Below are positions 1-11,689 of a stretch of 64,000 nt of DNA, one piece after another. Made by a program: the position numbers and the translations under genes. This stretch comes from Mobula hypostoma. Lineage: Eukaryota. The stretch is taken from the NCBI RefSeq assembly GCF_963921235.1, contig NC_086097.1, forward strand, positions 139,812,001 to 139,876,000. Reading direction: 5' to 3'. The notes under the pieces are model-generated. The model had not been told where the DNA came from and made no database searches. It was given only the letters and a program-made list of their open reading frames with translations. The stretch's first letter is position 1. Every line of letters begins with the position of its first letter.

Positions 1-591
1 TTGTCATTTAGTAATGCATGCATTAAGAAATGATACAATGTTTTTCCAGAATGATTTCATGAAAACACATGACAAACCAACTTAAAAACTAACAAAAACC
101 ACATAATCGTAACATATAGTTACAACAGTGTAATTTGATAAGAACAGACCATGGCATGGTAAAGTCTCAAAGTCTCTTGAAAGTCCCATCATCTCACGCA
201 GACAGTAAACCTCCAGCACCGCCAACTTGTCGATGCAGCATCCTGGAAGCATCCGCCCACAGTCCGACTCCGAGTCCGTCCGAAAATCTCCGAGCCTCCG
301 ACCACCTCTTCAACTCCAAGCACCATCTCTGACCAGCGCTTCGACCCTGGCCCCAGCATCAAGCAATAGGCAAAGCCGAGGATTTGGGGCCTTCGTCTCC
401 GGAGATTCTCGATCACACAGTAGCAGCAACAGCGAAGCAGGCATTTCAGAAGTTACTCCAGGTGTTCCTCTGCGCTTCTCACAGCTGTCTCCATCAAATC
501 TGGATTGTGCACGGCACCCTAGTTACACATATCGATATTCATTCGGAATGGCCGCGCACACTGCGTCACACCGCCATCTTCTCCTCCCTCC
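1..591 (-). mobile_element. Short non-autonomous non-LTR retroelement with an L1-like 5' end; 3' end runs off the window
   Basis: Minus strand starts GGAGGGAGGAGAAGATGGCGG (YY1 motif CCGCCATCTT at 571-580). A CpG-rich 5' part is followed by an AT-rich 3'UTR-like part toward position 1. No RT ORF. Confidence 0.5.
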
Positions 592-705
592 TTAGATTCG
601 GGTAGGTTTATAGATGACTTTTGAGCTGTGCCTAGCCTCACAGTCATTGGTGTGGCGAGAGTAGAGCAGTCGTGAAATCTGCAACCTTGTGTTGTGCAGT
701 GTTGT

Positions 706-1465
706 AAACTAATAAAATCACATCTACCCAACTTTGCTACTTACATACATTAGTAGGAGGAGATATTTATTTATTTATATTTATTGAGGTATAATGCATA
801 GGTCCTTCTGGCCATTCACACCATGCCAGCCAGCAATCCCCCTCATTTAACCCTAGCTAATCCACTGGATAAATGGCCTGCCCAGTTAGCCTTCTCACAG
901 GTACATCTTTAGACTGTGAGAGGAAACCAGAATACCTGGAGGAAACCCATACAGTCACGGGGAGAATGTTCAAACTCCTTACAGGCAGTGGTGGGAATTG
1001 AACCCTGGTTCTCTGTACTGTGAACTGTGAGGCTTATAGTGCTAACCACTACACTACCGTGCTGCCTCACAGTTAAAGAGCTGTTGTTACAGGCTAAAAG
1101 TCCTTCGCCTGTGTCCTGTGTAATAGGTCCGAGCACTCTTTTGTCCTCAGTAAAGGGCAGGCGGCTGGAAATTCTGGACAAGTCAGGGGCCTTCATTTCA
1201 TGGTCCCTCATTGCTGTCTTCTTACAAAACCCAGCGCCTCCTGAATCCTGTCAAACTCAGCGAGCCACCTGGATTAAATTGCTGTTAGCCTGTGCAGGGA
1301 GTAATGACTGGCCAATGTGATTAGAGAGCCACACCAAACTGTACACAGCAATTAGATCGGCTCCTATATAAAAGCTCTGTTATCCCCTTTGGGTTATTCA
1401 GAGCTGGCTGTATTTTAAAACTAATAAAATCACATCTACACAACTTTGCTACTTACATACATTAG
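706..1465 (+). repeat. 48-bp dispersed direct repeat (706-753 and 1418-1465)
   Basis: AAACTAATAAAATCACATCTAC[C/A]CAACTTTGCTACTTACATACATTAG occurs twice with one mismatch. Confidence 0.9.
764..1066 (-). mobile_element. tRNA-derived SINE (V-SINE/HE1-like)
   Basis: Minus strand begins GGCAGCACGGTAGTGTAGTGGTTAGCAC (A box), has B box GGTTCAATTCCC, a central GGGTTTCCTCCAGG core and a (TAAA)n tail at 764-785. Confidence 0.8.
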
Positions 1466-2539
1466 GGCTGTCACAAAGTAAATTGTATCTGTGCGGAAAT
1501 CTAATTGTGTTGATGTATCTGTAGAAGAGGCAGCAGAGGACCTTGCAGCCGCTCCTGTGACAGGCGGTTCAGTGTGGTTCAAGCCCATGAGGTTTACTCT
1601 ATGCCTTGCCGAGTCGGCTGTGACTTATCAAGGGGCTGGGTTTGCGAGACACGTGGCTCTTCAAGATGTTGTTTGTCAAACATGGAATGGCTGCAGCGAT
1701 GGTGAAAGCCATACTACCCGTCGCCTCAGTCCTGACTCTAAGCAAGTGCAGCTTGTTGCAGTGCGTGCAAGGATGGTGACGGTCAGGAAGAGTGAGAATC
1801 TTGCCTGCAGTGCCGTCACAGGCAACAACACAGATAAAACGCTAAAGAACTCTGCAGGCCAGGCAACACCTATGGAGGGAAATGGACAGTCGATGTTTTG
1901 GGTCACGACCCTTATAGTTCTTGGACTCCATGGCCCCCTCCCCCCCCCCAGCCACCCCAGGTCACCAGGGTCAGAGGTGCATGTGAGTCCAGAAATTGAA
2001 GCCTGAAGGTCAAACTCGTGATCGGCGAGACCTGGGGTCAATACCCAGAGGTTGCCAAAGTCCAGAGGGCAAAGCGGAAGGTAGGTCCAGAGATCTGTGT
2101 GTCTGGAGGTAGAGGCCCAAAGATCGAAGCCCCAGGATTGGCTTGTCCGGAGGTCAGGGGCCTAATGTCTGCAGGTCTGAGAGTCCAAGGGTAAGGACTG
2201 GGAGCTCACCGGGTGGCCTATCCTGGGGTTTGAGGTTTGTCTGTGAGCGTGAGAGGGTGGACGGTTTGTGTTGTTCTGCTGAAAATTGTTGGCATGCTTT
2301 GCTGGCCCTGAAATGTGCACATCTTTAGGTGTGTTCGTTGTTAACACAATCAATGCATGTGGTAACTAAACCGGAACCTGAATCTGAACACTCGTGGATC
2401 TGGAGATTCCTCGCCATCCATTCAGCACAGTCCCATCCCACATCTCAGCTTTCCTCCGCCCATTCTGTGGAGTACATCACCTACACAACAACCGTGACTC
2501 CGCCCCCACCCTGAGGCACCTGATTGCCAGAGAGAAGCT

Positions 2540-2760
2540 GGGGTGTGGCGGATCCCATGTGTGGTCGATCTCGTGTGTGGGAGGAGGGTTCTATGTGTTG
2601 AGATGCTGTATGTGGGATCCTGTGTGGTGGGGATCCTGTGTATTGGAATCTCTGTGTGGGATCCTGTATATGGGAATCCTCTGTGGTGGGGATCCTGTGT
2701 GGGGGGGATCCTGTGTATTGGACTCTGTGTGTGTTTGGGGATCCCGTGGCAGGGTGTTCC
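2540..2760. repeat. Degenerate minisatellite with GGGATCCTGTGT core
   Basis: Repeated GGGATCCTGTGTG(G/T)/GGGATCCTGTGTATTGG motifs. Confidence 0.8.
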
Positions 2761-3249
2761 TGGGTCTTTGGAAGGTACAGAAACACATCTCTGATCTCTT
2801 CAGATCCTTGTTCCTGAAGTAATCCCAAATGTTAGGATTGAGGAGAGCCCCACACTGCCATTTCCCACTTGCTCATCTCCTTTACTCTATCCCCTTCCTG
2901 TTATTCCAGCTCTCCTCCATCTTCCCAGTTAATCTTCCCACCCCATTGCCATCCCTGGGGAGGATGAAATCCCAGGAAGCAAGGGGGAGATGGTGGCCTG
3001 TGTTGTTCCGTGTCCCTCTGCAGAGGCCTCCAATCCTTGGGATGGCTTCATGGTGGGAATGCCAACACTCTGCAAAAGCCACAGGTAAGCTGAACTGCTG
3101 GAGCAGGCTGGGCATCCCATCTGATGATGGTGTACTCCTCAGAGAACCATAGGAGTAAAGACAGAGCCCACATCAGCTGTCTCTCCTGGAACTATCATCC
3201 AAGTCCCGTACCAGTCCTGGGACAGAATGTCAACTCTGTACATCTGCAA

Positions 3250-3640
3250 CTCCTTCCCATCCCAACATTTCAACCCTAGCCTTCCCCTCCACCTGAAACT
3301 CACCTTCACTTCCACACACATCCTCAACATTACCATCTTCACCCCCTCCAAATACACCCTTCACCTCATCCACCCTCTCATCTTCAGCCCACACCCACCA
3401 TCTAACCCCCGGCATCATCCCATCAACCTCCTCATCTTCGCCCATATACCCACCATCTTCACACCCATACCCTTCCATCTTCACCCCCACCAACCCCACC
3501 CACTCACTCATCTTCATCCTGCACCCCCATTTCCACTCAACTCACCCCTCACACTTCAACCTTCTCATCTCCTCACCTTTACCCCACCTACACTTTCATC
3601 CCCTCCCATTCCCACCTTCACATACCCTACTCAAGCCCCA
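3250..3640. repeat. C-rich low-complexity repeat (CATCTTCACCC-like)
   Basis: Repeated ATCTTCAC/CTCACC motifs with almost no G on the + strand. Confidence 0.75.
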
Positions 3641-4805
3641 CTCAGTGTTGACACAACACTCCCCAGCTCATTTGCTAGCAGCCTTTTCTACACACGTCCC
3701 TGCCTCCATTATGCACGCCTTCTGCCCGCACGTCTCCTCGCACTGTGTTCTGACACCCTCTCTGATCTGCAAATTTGGGAACAAGTGTTCGAGTTCTCAC
3801 TGTCAACACCAGTTGCATCATTGAATTCTGGAACAAGTGACCTGGTGCGAACAAAAATGGAAAACTAATTTATGGCCTTGCAAATCTTTTGAAATCAGAG
3901 CCTGCAGCTCTTTCAAAATTGATATATATGTGCTGGTTGGAGCTGTAAATAGGTCCCAGTGACGGTGTGGTGTTGCTGGCTGCAGTAAACTAATAAGGCC
4001 TACACGTGCTCATTAGGAGCCGTGCCTGACAAGAGCCTGGGGCAGCGTGAGAGGTTACACAGACGAAGCAGGGATCTGCTAGGATAGAGCAGCAAGAAGA
4101 TTATAACCTCCAGTGTGGAGGGAGAAGGTCCTTGGGCCACACAGAGACATGACTGCTGATTGAAGTCGGACCAGCTTCCATCAACTCATCTCTGTAAGAT
4201 GCATCTTGAGGATTAAACCTTAACACTGAACAGGAAGGCAGGCTGGCTCCTACCTTCCCGTGAGGTAGTTGTCAACTGGTTTGAGTTGAGAATTTGAGGT
4301 CCAATGTAGAAATGATTGACTTTTCTGAATGGAAGTTCGGGGCTTTCATGAGATTTGACACTACTGCAGGTGACCGATTGGGCAGAAACCTACAAGTCCA
4401 TGGGGTCTATGTGAAAGTAATAGATTGGATCTAAAACCGGCTTGGTGCTGAGAAGCAAAGGCTTTGGTGGGCAGCAGGGAACAACCTATCAGAGAACCTC
4501 AGCAGCTTATCTCCATGTTAGCCCAGGCCTCACCATATCAGATCTATTGGCAACAGATCTCTCTGTTCCTCACCTTATCTGCCACACAAAGTTAATTCTC
4601 CCAGTTGTGATGTTAACCCACAGATGCTGCCTGACCTGCTGAGATTTTCCAGAATTTTCTGTCTTTATTTTTGGTTAGCTGAAGTTCAGTGACTGGAAGG
4701 CTGAGCAACAGGAATCCACAGATCCAGAGCTGCACCTTTACTGCCTATGGCATGGACACTGAACTGTGGGATCCAGGAGTGAAACATTTACAGGTTAAAT
4801 GCTTA

Positions 4806-5524
4806 TGTGATTGGTGGGTCGGGAGATGCTGGGTGTGAGATCTGTTGCCCTGTGATTGGTGGAGTGGAGAAGGTCAGGGTGAGATGACTGTTGCCCTGTG
4901 ATTGGTGGAACGGGAGAAGGTCGGGGTGAGGTGTCTGTTGCACTGTGATTGGTAGAGTGGGAGAAGGTCGGGGTGAAATGTCTGTTACCTAGTGATTGGT
5001 GGAGTGGGGGAAGATTGGGGTGAGATGTCTGTTGCCTACTGATTGGTGGGGTGGGAGAAGGTTGGGATGAGATGTCTGTTGCCTCGTGATTGGTGGAGTG
5101 GGAGAAGGTCGGGGTGAGATGTCTGTTGCCTACTGATTGGTGGGGTGGGAGAAGGTCGGGATGAGATGTCTGTTGCCTAGTGATTGGTGGAGTGGGAGAA
5201 GGTCGGGGTGAGATGTCTGTTGCCTACTGATTGGTGGGGTGGGAGAAGGTCGGGGTGAGATGTCTGTTGCCTACTAATTGGTGGGGTGGGAGAAGGTCGG
5301 GGTGAGATGTCTGTTGCCTACTGATTGGTGGGGTGGGAGAAGGTCGGGAGGAGATGTCTGTTGCCTAGTGATTGGTGAAGTGGGAGAAGGTCGGGGTGAG
5401 ATGTCTGTTGCCCTGTGATTGGAGGAGTGGAGAAGGTCGGGGGAGATGTCTGTTGCCCTGTGATTGGTAGAGTGGGAACAGGTTGGGGTGAAATGTGTAT
5501 TGCCTAGTGATTGGTGGAGTGGGA
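4806..5524. repeat. 47-bp minisatellite, about 15 copies
   Basis: Unit GTGATTGGTGGAGTGGGAGAAGGTCGGGGTGAGATGTCTGTTGCCTA; TGATTGG recurs at 5134 and 5181 (47-bp period). Confidence 0.95.
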
Positions 5525-5729
5525 GCACTATGAAACAGTTAGAGTACCATGAACATCACTGGTCCCCTCATCACAGCTTCTTCATTGGATTAAGGAGGAA
5601 ACTTTAGAAGAGCTGATGAAATTAAGAATAATTGTGTTATCCAACCAACTGGAATTGCAAGCAAGCTAAAACATAAAAAGGAGGGAAAGTTCTCACAAAA
5701 TGGCCACCCAGGAGCAGCTATTTTCAGAG

Positions 5730-6150
5730 TGACTGTTTGAGGTGGAAGTCCTGTGTTTCGGGTTCTTAGTGCAGAGGCTCTAATGAGGAGGTTGAGCAGC
5801 TACAATGTTCTGTAAGTCAAGGTAAGGTCTTTAATTTTTCCTTCTTTTAACCCAGTACTAACTTCAATGGTAGAAATGTCTGTCAGTAGAGCAGTATGCT
5901 CCTCCTGAGAGATGATGGAGATCAGGAAATGGTCAAGGAATGGAGATCAGGGAATGTCTGTGATGACCTTGTCTGCAGGAAGTATGTCTTGTTATACCAC
6001 CACGTCAACCGCATGGATTGGTTGGGGCAGCATTTGGACTCACTGAGGAACATTCAGGAGGCAGAGAATGTTATAGACAGCAGTTTCAGGGAGGTGGTCA
6101 TTCCAAAGTGTCAGTCAGATAGACGAGTGAGCATGAGGATAGGTAGATGG
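5730..6150 (+). mobile_element. CR1 LINE 5' UTR/ORF1 N-terminal remnant
   Basis: ORF 5896-6159 ...VCDDLVCRKY...LDSLRNIQEAENVIDSSFREVVIPK resembles the zinc-finger/leucine-zipper start of CR1 ORF1. Confidence 0.7.
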
Positions 6151-6527
6151 GTAATGTAAGACATGTAGTGGATAGTGTGCAGCATGTCCTTCGAGAACTC
6201 TGAACAGACCTGATTTGGCCAGTCTTTGGCTCTCTGGGGGCCAACAAAACACCTGGAAATGTGGACAGGGAGGACCTTTGTCCCCTTAACTTTGACATTG
6301 GTCCTGACTTTTAGCTGTCCTCTCTGGTGCTGAAAAACAAAGATCTTCCCAGCCCAGACCCCAGAAACACTGCCCCCTGCAGGAGGCTCTAAGATGGACA
6401 GTGGGTAAGAGTGGATGTGCCTGTGTGTACTTCCTGATGGTCAGGGTTCAGTTACCTTCACACTCCCCTCATTTTATCGCCAATAACTTCAGATCTAAAC
6501 AGTCCGTCAACATAGATTAAGGGAACA

Positions 6528-6884
6528 TTCTTCCTCCTTCTCTCCCTCTCCACTCCTGTACCACTCTCACCCTCCTTCTTCCTCCCTTCCATCCACTCCC
6601 CCTTCCTCTCCTTCCTTCCACCTTCTTCACCCTCGTCCCTCTCCTTCCTTCTTCCCATCCTATACTTCCCTCACTCCCCTCCCCTTCTCTTTCCTCCTCC
6701 TCTCCATCCATTTCTCTACCCTCCACCTCCCTCTCCTTCCTCCTTCCCTCCCTCTTACTCCCCTTCATCTGTTATCCCATTCCTTGTTTCCTTCTTTCCT
6801 CTCCTCACCCCTCTTCTTATCTTCTCTCTCTCCCTCCCCTCCTTGTCCCTCCTTCTCTCTCACTCTTTCCTGTCCTTCCCTCCA
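6528..6884. repeat. Polypyrimidine (CT-rich) tract
   Basis: About 350 bp of nearly pure C/T on the + strand. Confidence 0.9.
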
Positions 6885-7394
6885 GAATAGTAAAATTCAT
6901 GACCATGGAATTATCAGGAATTGTTGAGACCCTTGTTATAGAGGAGAAACTCTCTGCTTTATTGCTTTGACCATGGGGTGGATGTGGGCTGATGTGTGGT
7001 GGACGCGGGCTTCTGCAGGTTGGGGGTCTTCACCTATCTGTTAGGGGCGGATGGACAGACTGACATCACCAGCATCTCCATATGGAAGGGCACGGGTGGG
7101 TTCTGCACTGTGTGGGGGTGGCTGTATTCGTGTGGTGCTCTCTGAAATCTTGCTAATTTTAGTGCTTCGCTCTTGGTGTGAGTGCTACCAGAACACCAAG
7201 GTATTTGAGCTTAATCTGTTTGCTCAGAGATGCAGTCCGTGCAGGGTACACTCGAGTTCTGACAACATATCTGCTCCTTGATAGTGAATTCCTATCGGCA
7301 GGGTTTAGTTGGTTTTCTTGTAGGAGCAATTTATTCAGACCCTGGGGAATACTGATAAGAATTGGTCACAAATTGTGATGTATTTTATGTACAA

Positions 7395-7950
7395 ATTAGG
7401 ATCAGTAATGGCTCCCCAGCCCCTTGAACCTATTCCACCATTTCAGAAAACCACAGCTGATCAGATTCTAACCTCATCTCCACATTCCTGTCTACCTCTG
7501 GTGACCTTTCACCCTCTTGCTTATCAACAAACTATCTGCACTGCCTTAAAAACATGTAAACTCTCTGCTTGCACTGTTTTCTCAGGATGAGAGTTCCACA
7601 CACTCACAACAGTCTGAGAGTAAAAAATAATCTCACTTCATATCTGCCTTAAATGGATGGCTCCTTTTTAACCGGTGACCCCTGGTTCTAGATTCTTCCA
7701 CAAGAGGAAACATCCTTTCCACACCCACCCTGTCAACACTCCATTAGTATCTCGTATATTTCAGTGAAGTCCCCTCTCATTTGTTTAAACTCCAGTGAAT
7801 ACAAGAGTAGTCTGTCCAATCTTTCTTCATGAGAAAACTCTCCCATTTGATGTTACCATGGTAAAGTATCTCTGAACTGCTTTTTCTAAGATCATTCCTT
7901 CAATGTGACCAAACACTGTATACAGTACTCCAAATATGATTGTACTTAAC
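7395..7950 (-). mobile_element. CR1 LINE 3' fragment
   Basis: Reverse-strand CR1 3' motifs (GAGTTCCACA, GTGACCCCTGGTTCTAGA, CAGTACTCCAAAT); degraded. Confidence 0.7.
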
Positions 7951-7959
7951 TAAACCATT

Positions 7960-8435
7960 AGCTCCCTACCCCATCATCCAGGCCATGCTTTTTTCTTACT
8001 ACTCCCATTGAGCAGGAGATACAGGAGCCTTAGATCCCATGTCACCAGGATCAGAAACAGTTATTACCCTACAACCATCAGGCTCCCAAAGTAAATGATT
8101 TCACTTATCTCACCTGGTCTTAGAGTGGGTTAAAAGATTGGCTCAACATTGTAGGCCGAAGGGCCTGTACTGTGATGTAATGTTCTATGTTCAACACATA
8201 ACTGGCTCCACAACCTATAGGTTCATTTTCAAGGACTCTGCAATTGGTATTCTCAGTTTTATTTATTTATTTTTTAAATTATTTGCACAATTTGTCTTCT
8301 TTTGCACATTGGTTATTTGTCAGTCTTTGTTATGTACAGTTCCTCATAAATTCTATTGTATTTATTTTCCTGCAAGTGGCTGCAAGAAAATTAATCTCAA
8401 GGTACTATATGCTTTGAACTAAGAGCTTTGAACTT
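7960..8435 (+). mobile_element. L2/Rex-type LINE 3' end fragment
   Basis: CCATCATCCAGGCCATGC...GATACAGGAGCC...AACAGTTATTACCC motif and a (CTTTGAA)-type tail. Confidence 0.6.
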
Positions 8436-10040
8436 TAATCACTTCCTCCCTCAATAAACAATAACATTCTGTGAGATTTCCCTGACACTTCTTCACCCAC
8501 ATACTTGCCTTCTGCAGATCACAAGGACACCAGGTCTCTCCCTGTGTAGATCATGTTTTTTTTTAATACATTGTTCCTGTCAAATGTGGACAAAGTCTGA
8601 AGGTCTGTTAATTACCACCATGGAAGTGCAATGGGTATTACTGAACGCAGAGGCTCAGCTGATGTAGGACTCTACGTTCAATATATATGGCCATTTGTGG
8701 ATTGTTTTCATGGAACTGAATAACTGTGAAAATCTGTGAGATTGTCAGAAAGCCCATTTGCCTCATTAATGTCATTCAGGAAATGGGATCTGCCAGAGGA
8801 CCCAGGACTACAAATGAAGGAGCCCCGTGGGTCAGGCGGCACCTGTGACAACAGACAGTTCAGTCCTGCCTTTGCCACATCCTCTGCTTGTAGTTAGAGA
8901 AACTGTGATCTTGACGGCTCTGGATCGCAGAAAAGCGGGGGCCATTTGACACCCCAACCTCAGCCACATTTGTGTCCTTGGATATCCTCACCAAAAAGAG
9001 CAAGAGCCACGTTGTCAGCCCCGTCTTACGAGTAACCTTCAATGCGATGACATCTGGCTGCTCTATTTCCCCATCAGGGCACTGAGCACATCTCATGATT
9101 ACCCCAGTGGTGTTGGGTGTTCTGCACGGGAACTGGCACGCAGTTGCCCTAACTTTAGGGTCAGTTAACAAGAGCCCCAAGGCCATTGCTTCCAAGGGAG
9201 GTTAGCATAACAAATGGGATTGCTTTCTAATTGGTTGAGAGCTATAGAACAAAAGTGGGGAACTGGTTAAGACTAAGAGACACATCCAGTACCAATCTGT
9301 GAGAGAGTTATTCATCTTTAAAGAGCAGTGTAGCCTGGGATGGCAATTCTTTCTCCCTTTGCATTCCTGTAACTTAACTCCAACTCCTGACAAGCTAATG
9401 GTTTCTGCTCCCGGACTGACTGTTTGGTCATTATGGAGTCAATCATATTTTGTGAACCTCAGAATGATTGACGTGCTCTTTATGGACATCAGGTAATGGC
9501 CTGAGGTTAGGTAAGTCTCTCTGAGTCAATTTCCTTTACTGAGACCTGCTCTGTAGAACCGAATTCAGACTGTGAATCTTGCCGTCCTATTTCTGGGCCT
9601 GCGAACTACCCTGCAGCAAACTAGCCACTTTAGCTGGTCATAGATGGTCTCTGCATTGGAATGTTGGAGAGAGCCAAATTTCCACAGGAGACGGTTTCTA
9701 CCATAAGCTCAAGGTTTTATATGGGCTGAGCATTTAAAAACTACTGCGGGCTGAAGGAACTCTTTCTAAATGCTCAGCCCGTATAAAAAAGCTGCTTTTT
9801 TTTAATGGTAAAACCCAGGGAGAGTTGACAAAGAAAATTGGTAGGCGAAAGACAAAGCTTCCAAAATCCTCTGTGATGTCATGGATCACATGTTCCTTCA
9901 CTGGGGACTGATTGCTGCTTTCCCATTGGTTGCTTTTATTTTAGTTTCTGATTGTATAAGTATGTAGAGAGGTCTGGTTGAAGTTACCTGGAGCTGGTCG
10001 AATGGCTTGTGGTCAGACACGGGTTAATTCATCGGTTGAA

Positions 10041-11689
10041 TTCACCTGGTGTGAGCAGAATTATCTGCAGCTTAATGTGAAAAAGACTAAGGAGCTGGTG
10101 GTAGACCTGAGGAGAGCTAAGGTACCAGTGACCCCTGTTTCCATCCAGGGGGTCAGTGTGGACATGGTGGAGGATTACAAATACCTGGGGATACGAATTG
10201 ACAATAAACTGGACTGGTCAAAGAACACTGAGGCTGTCTACAAGAAGGGTCGGAGCCATCGCTATTTCCTGAGGAGACTGAGGTCCTTTAACATCTGCCG
10301 GATGATGCTGAGGATGTTCTACGAGTCTGTGGTGGCCAGTGCTATCATGTTTGCTGTTGTGTGCTGGGGCAGCAGGCTGAGGGTAGCAGACACCAACAGA
10401 ATCAACAAACTCATTCGTAAGGCCAGTGATGTTGTGGGGATGGAACTGGACTCTCTCGCGGTGGTGTCTGAAAAGAAGATGCTGTCCAAGTTGCATGCCA
10501 TCTTGGACAATGTCTCCCATCCACTACATAATGTATTGGTTGGGCACAGGAGTACATTCAGCCAGAGACTCATTCCACCGAGATGCAACACAGAGCGTCA
10601 TAGGAAGTCATTTCTGCCTGTGGCCTTCAAACTTTACAACTCCTCCCTTGGAGGCTCAGACACTCAGAGTCAATAGGCTGGTCCTGGACTTATTTCCTGG
10701 CATAATTTACATATTACTATTTAACTATTTATGGTTTGTGACGAGAATACACATAAAATTAAGATGTTTGCTGGCCTGGGTTAGCATCAGTGACATCAGC
10801 AAGTGGTCTGCCACCTGCCCTCAGGGGAAGGAGAGATAAGGAACAATGGAGCAGCGTCTGGAGATGTGTAATGAAGGGACGGGGGAGAGAGAGCTGTCTG
10901 GAGCGGCTCCTCCCTTTGAACCTTGAACTGTTTGAAGTGATGGACAGGCGATACCCCAGCAGGGGGATAAAAAGGGACAGGTTCGCTAAGGCAGGACACA
11001 CACACGACACCCGAGGTAACGAGACCCTGGAAGCGGTACGCCTCTCACGAGTCGGTGAGAAGTATCAGACAACGCCCAGAGTGGAAAGGCACGATCAGCG
11101 GGAACCCGGTGTGTGTCCGCCCTTGCCTGGGTGCCGGGTTCACTGCAGAGGATCGACCGCATCTGGAGGAGGGGTCACAGTCGGTGACCTCAGGTGACAT
11201 CACCAAGGACCCGCCCAAAAGTTGCTTGTGAGCAATCTCGCCGGTCTGTGAGTGAAGCCGTGTATGAATAGTTGTTCCTGTTCTCTCTCTCTCTCTCCCC
11301 GCACGTTGTCCATCGCCATGGCAACGATTACTGCGAACTGAACTACTAAACTGGACTGAACTTTGAGTCACTTTGAAATTTGGTCATTTACCCCTAGACA
11401 ACGATAGAGCTTGATTGATGCTGTTATCTTAATTCTGTGCACATGTATGGTTATCATTGTTGAACTGTTGCATTTATTATCCTTTCGATTACTGTGTTGC
11501 TTGTTTCTTTAATAAAACTTTCTTAGTTCTAGTACTCCAGACTCCAACTGAGTGATCCATTTCTGCTGGTTTGGCAACCCAGTTACGGGGTACGTAACAG
11601 GTTTTATTACTATTTATTATTTATGGTGCAACTGTAATGAAAATCAATTTCCCCCGGGATCAATGAAGTATGACTATGACTATGACTAT
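10041..11689 (+). mobile_element. 5'-truncated young Rex1/Babar-type LINE, interrupted by a solo LTR
   Basis: Open frame to 10676 encodes the RT C-terminus (WCEQNYLQLNVKKTKELVVD, YKYLG, YFLRRLRSF). The 3'UTR resumes at 11600 and ends in a (TGACTA)n tail. Confidence 0.9.
10737..11599 (+). mobile_element. Solo LTR (863 bp)
   Basis: Termini TGTGACG...CGTAACA, 4-bp TSD GGTT (10733-10736 and 11600-11603), AATAAA near 11511. Host LINE sequence is continuous across it. Confidence 0.9.

Noticed and set aside
985..1066. A-box/B-box sequence as a tRNA gene
   Set aside because: It is the head of a SINE, followed by the SINE core and tail; no full cloverleaf.
1491..2006. 171-aa ORF downstream of the TATA-like element
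   Set aside because: Non-ATG start, no recognisable domain, and its 3' third runs through a Penelope-derived repeat.
3227..3868. 213-aa Pro/His/Thr-rich ORF
   Set aside because: Produced by a C-rich low-complexity tract that lacks stop codons by composition.
4261..4282. TGAGGTAGTTGT resembles the 5' end of let-7 family miRNAs
   Set aside because: Only about 12 nt match, and there is no complementary 3' arm downstream to form a let-7 precursor.
7160..7342. Possible minus-strand terminal exon (GLNKLLLQENQ...PRAKH*)
   Set aside because: The acceptor is plausible, but the peptide is unrecognisable and I found no compatible upstream exon.
9978..10676. 232-aa ORF as a cellular gene
   Set aside because: It is the RT C-terminus of a 5'-truncated Rex1/Babar LINE; the first ~21 codons are flanking DNA.
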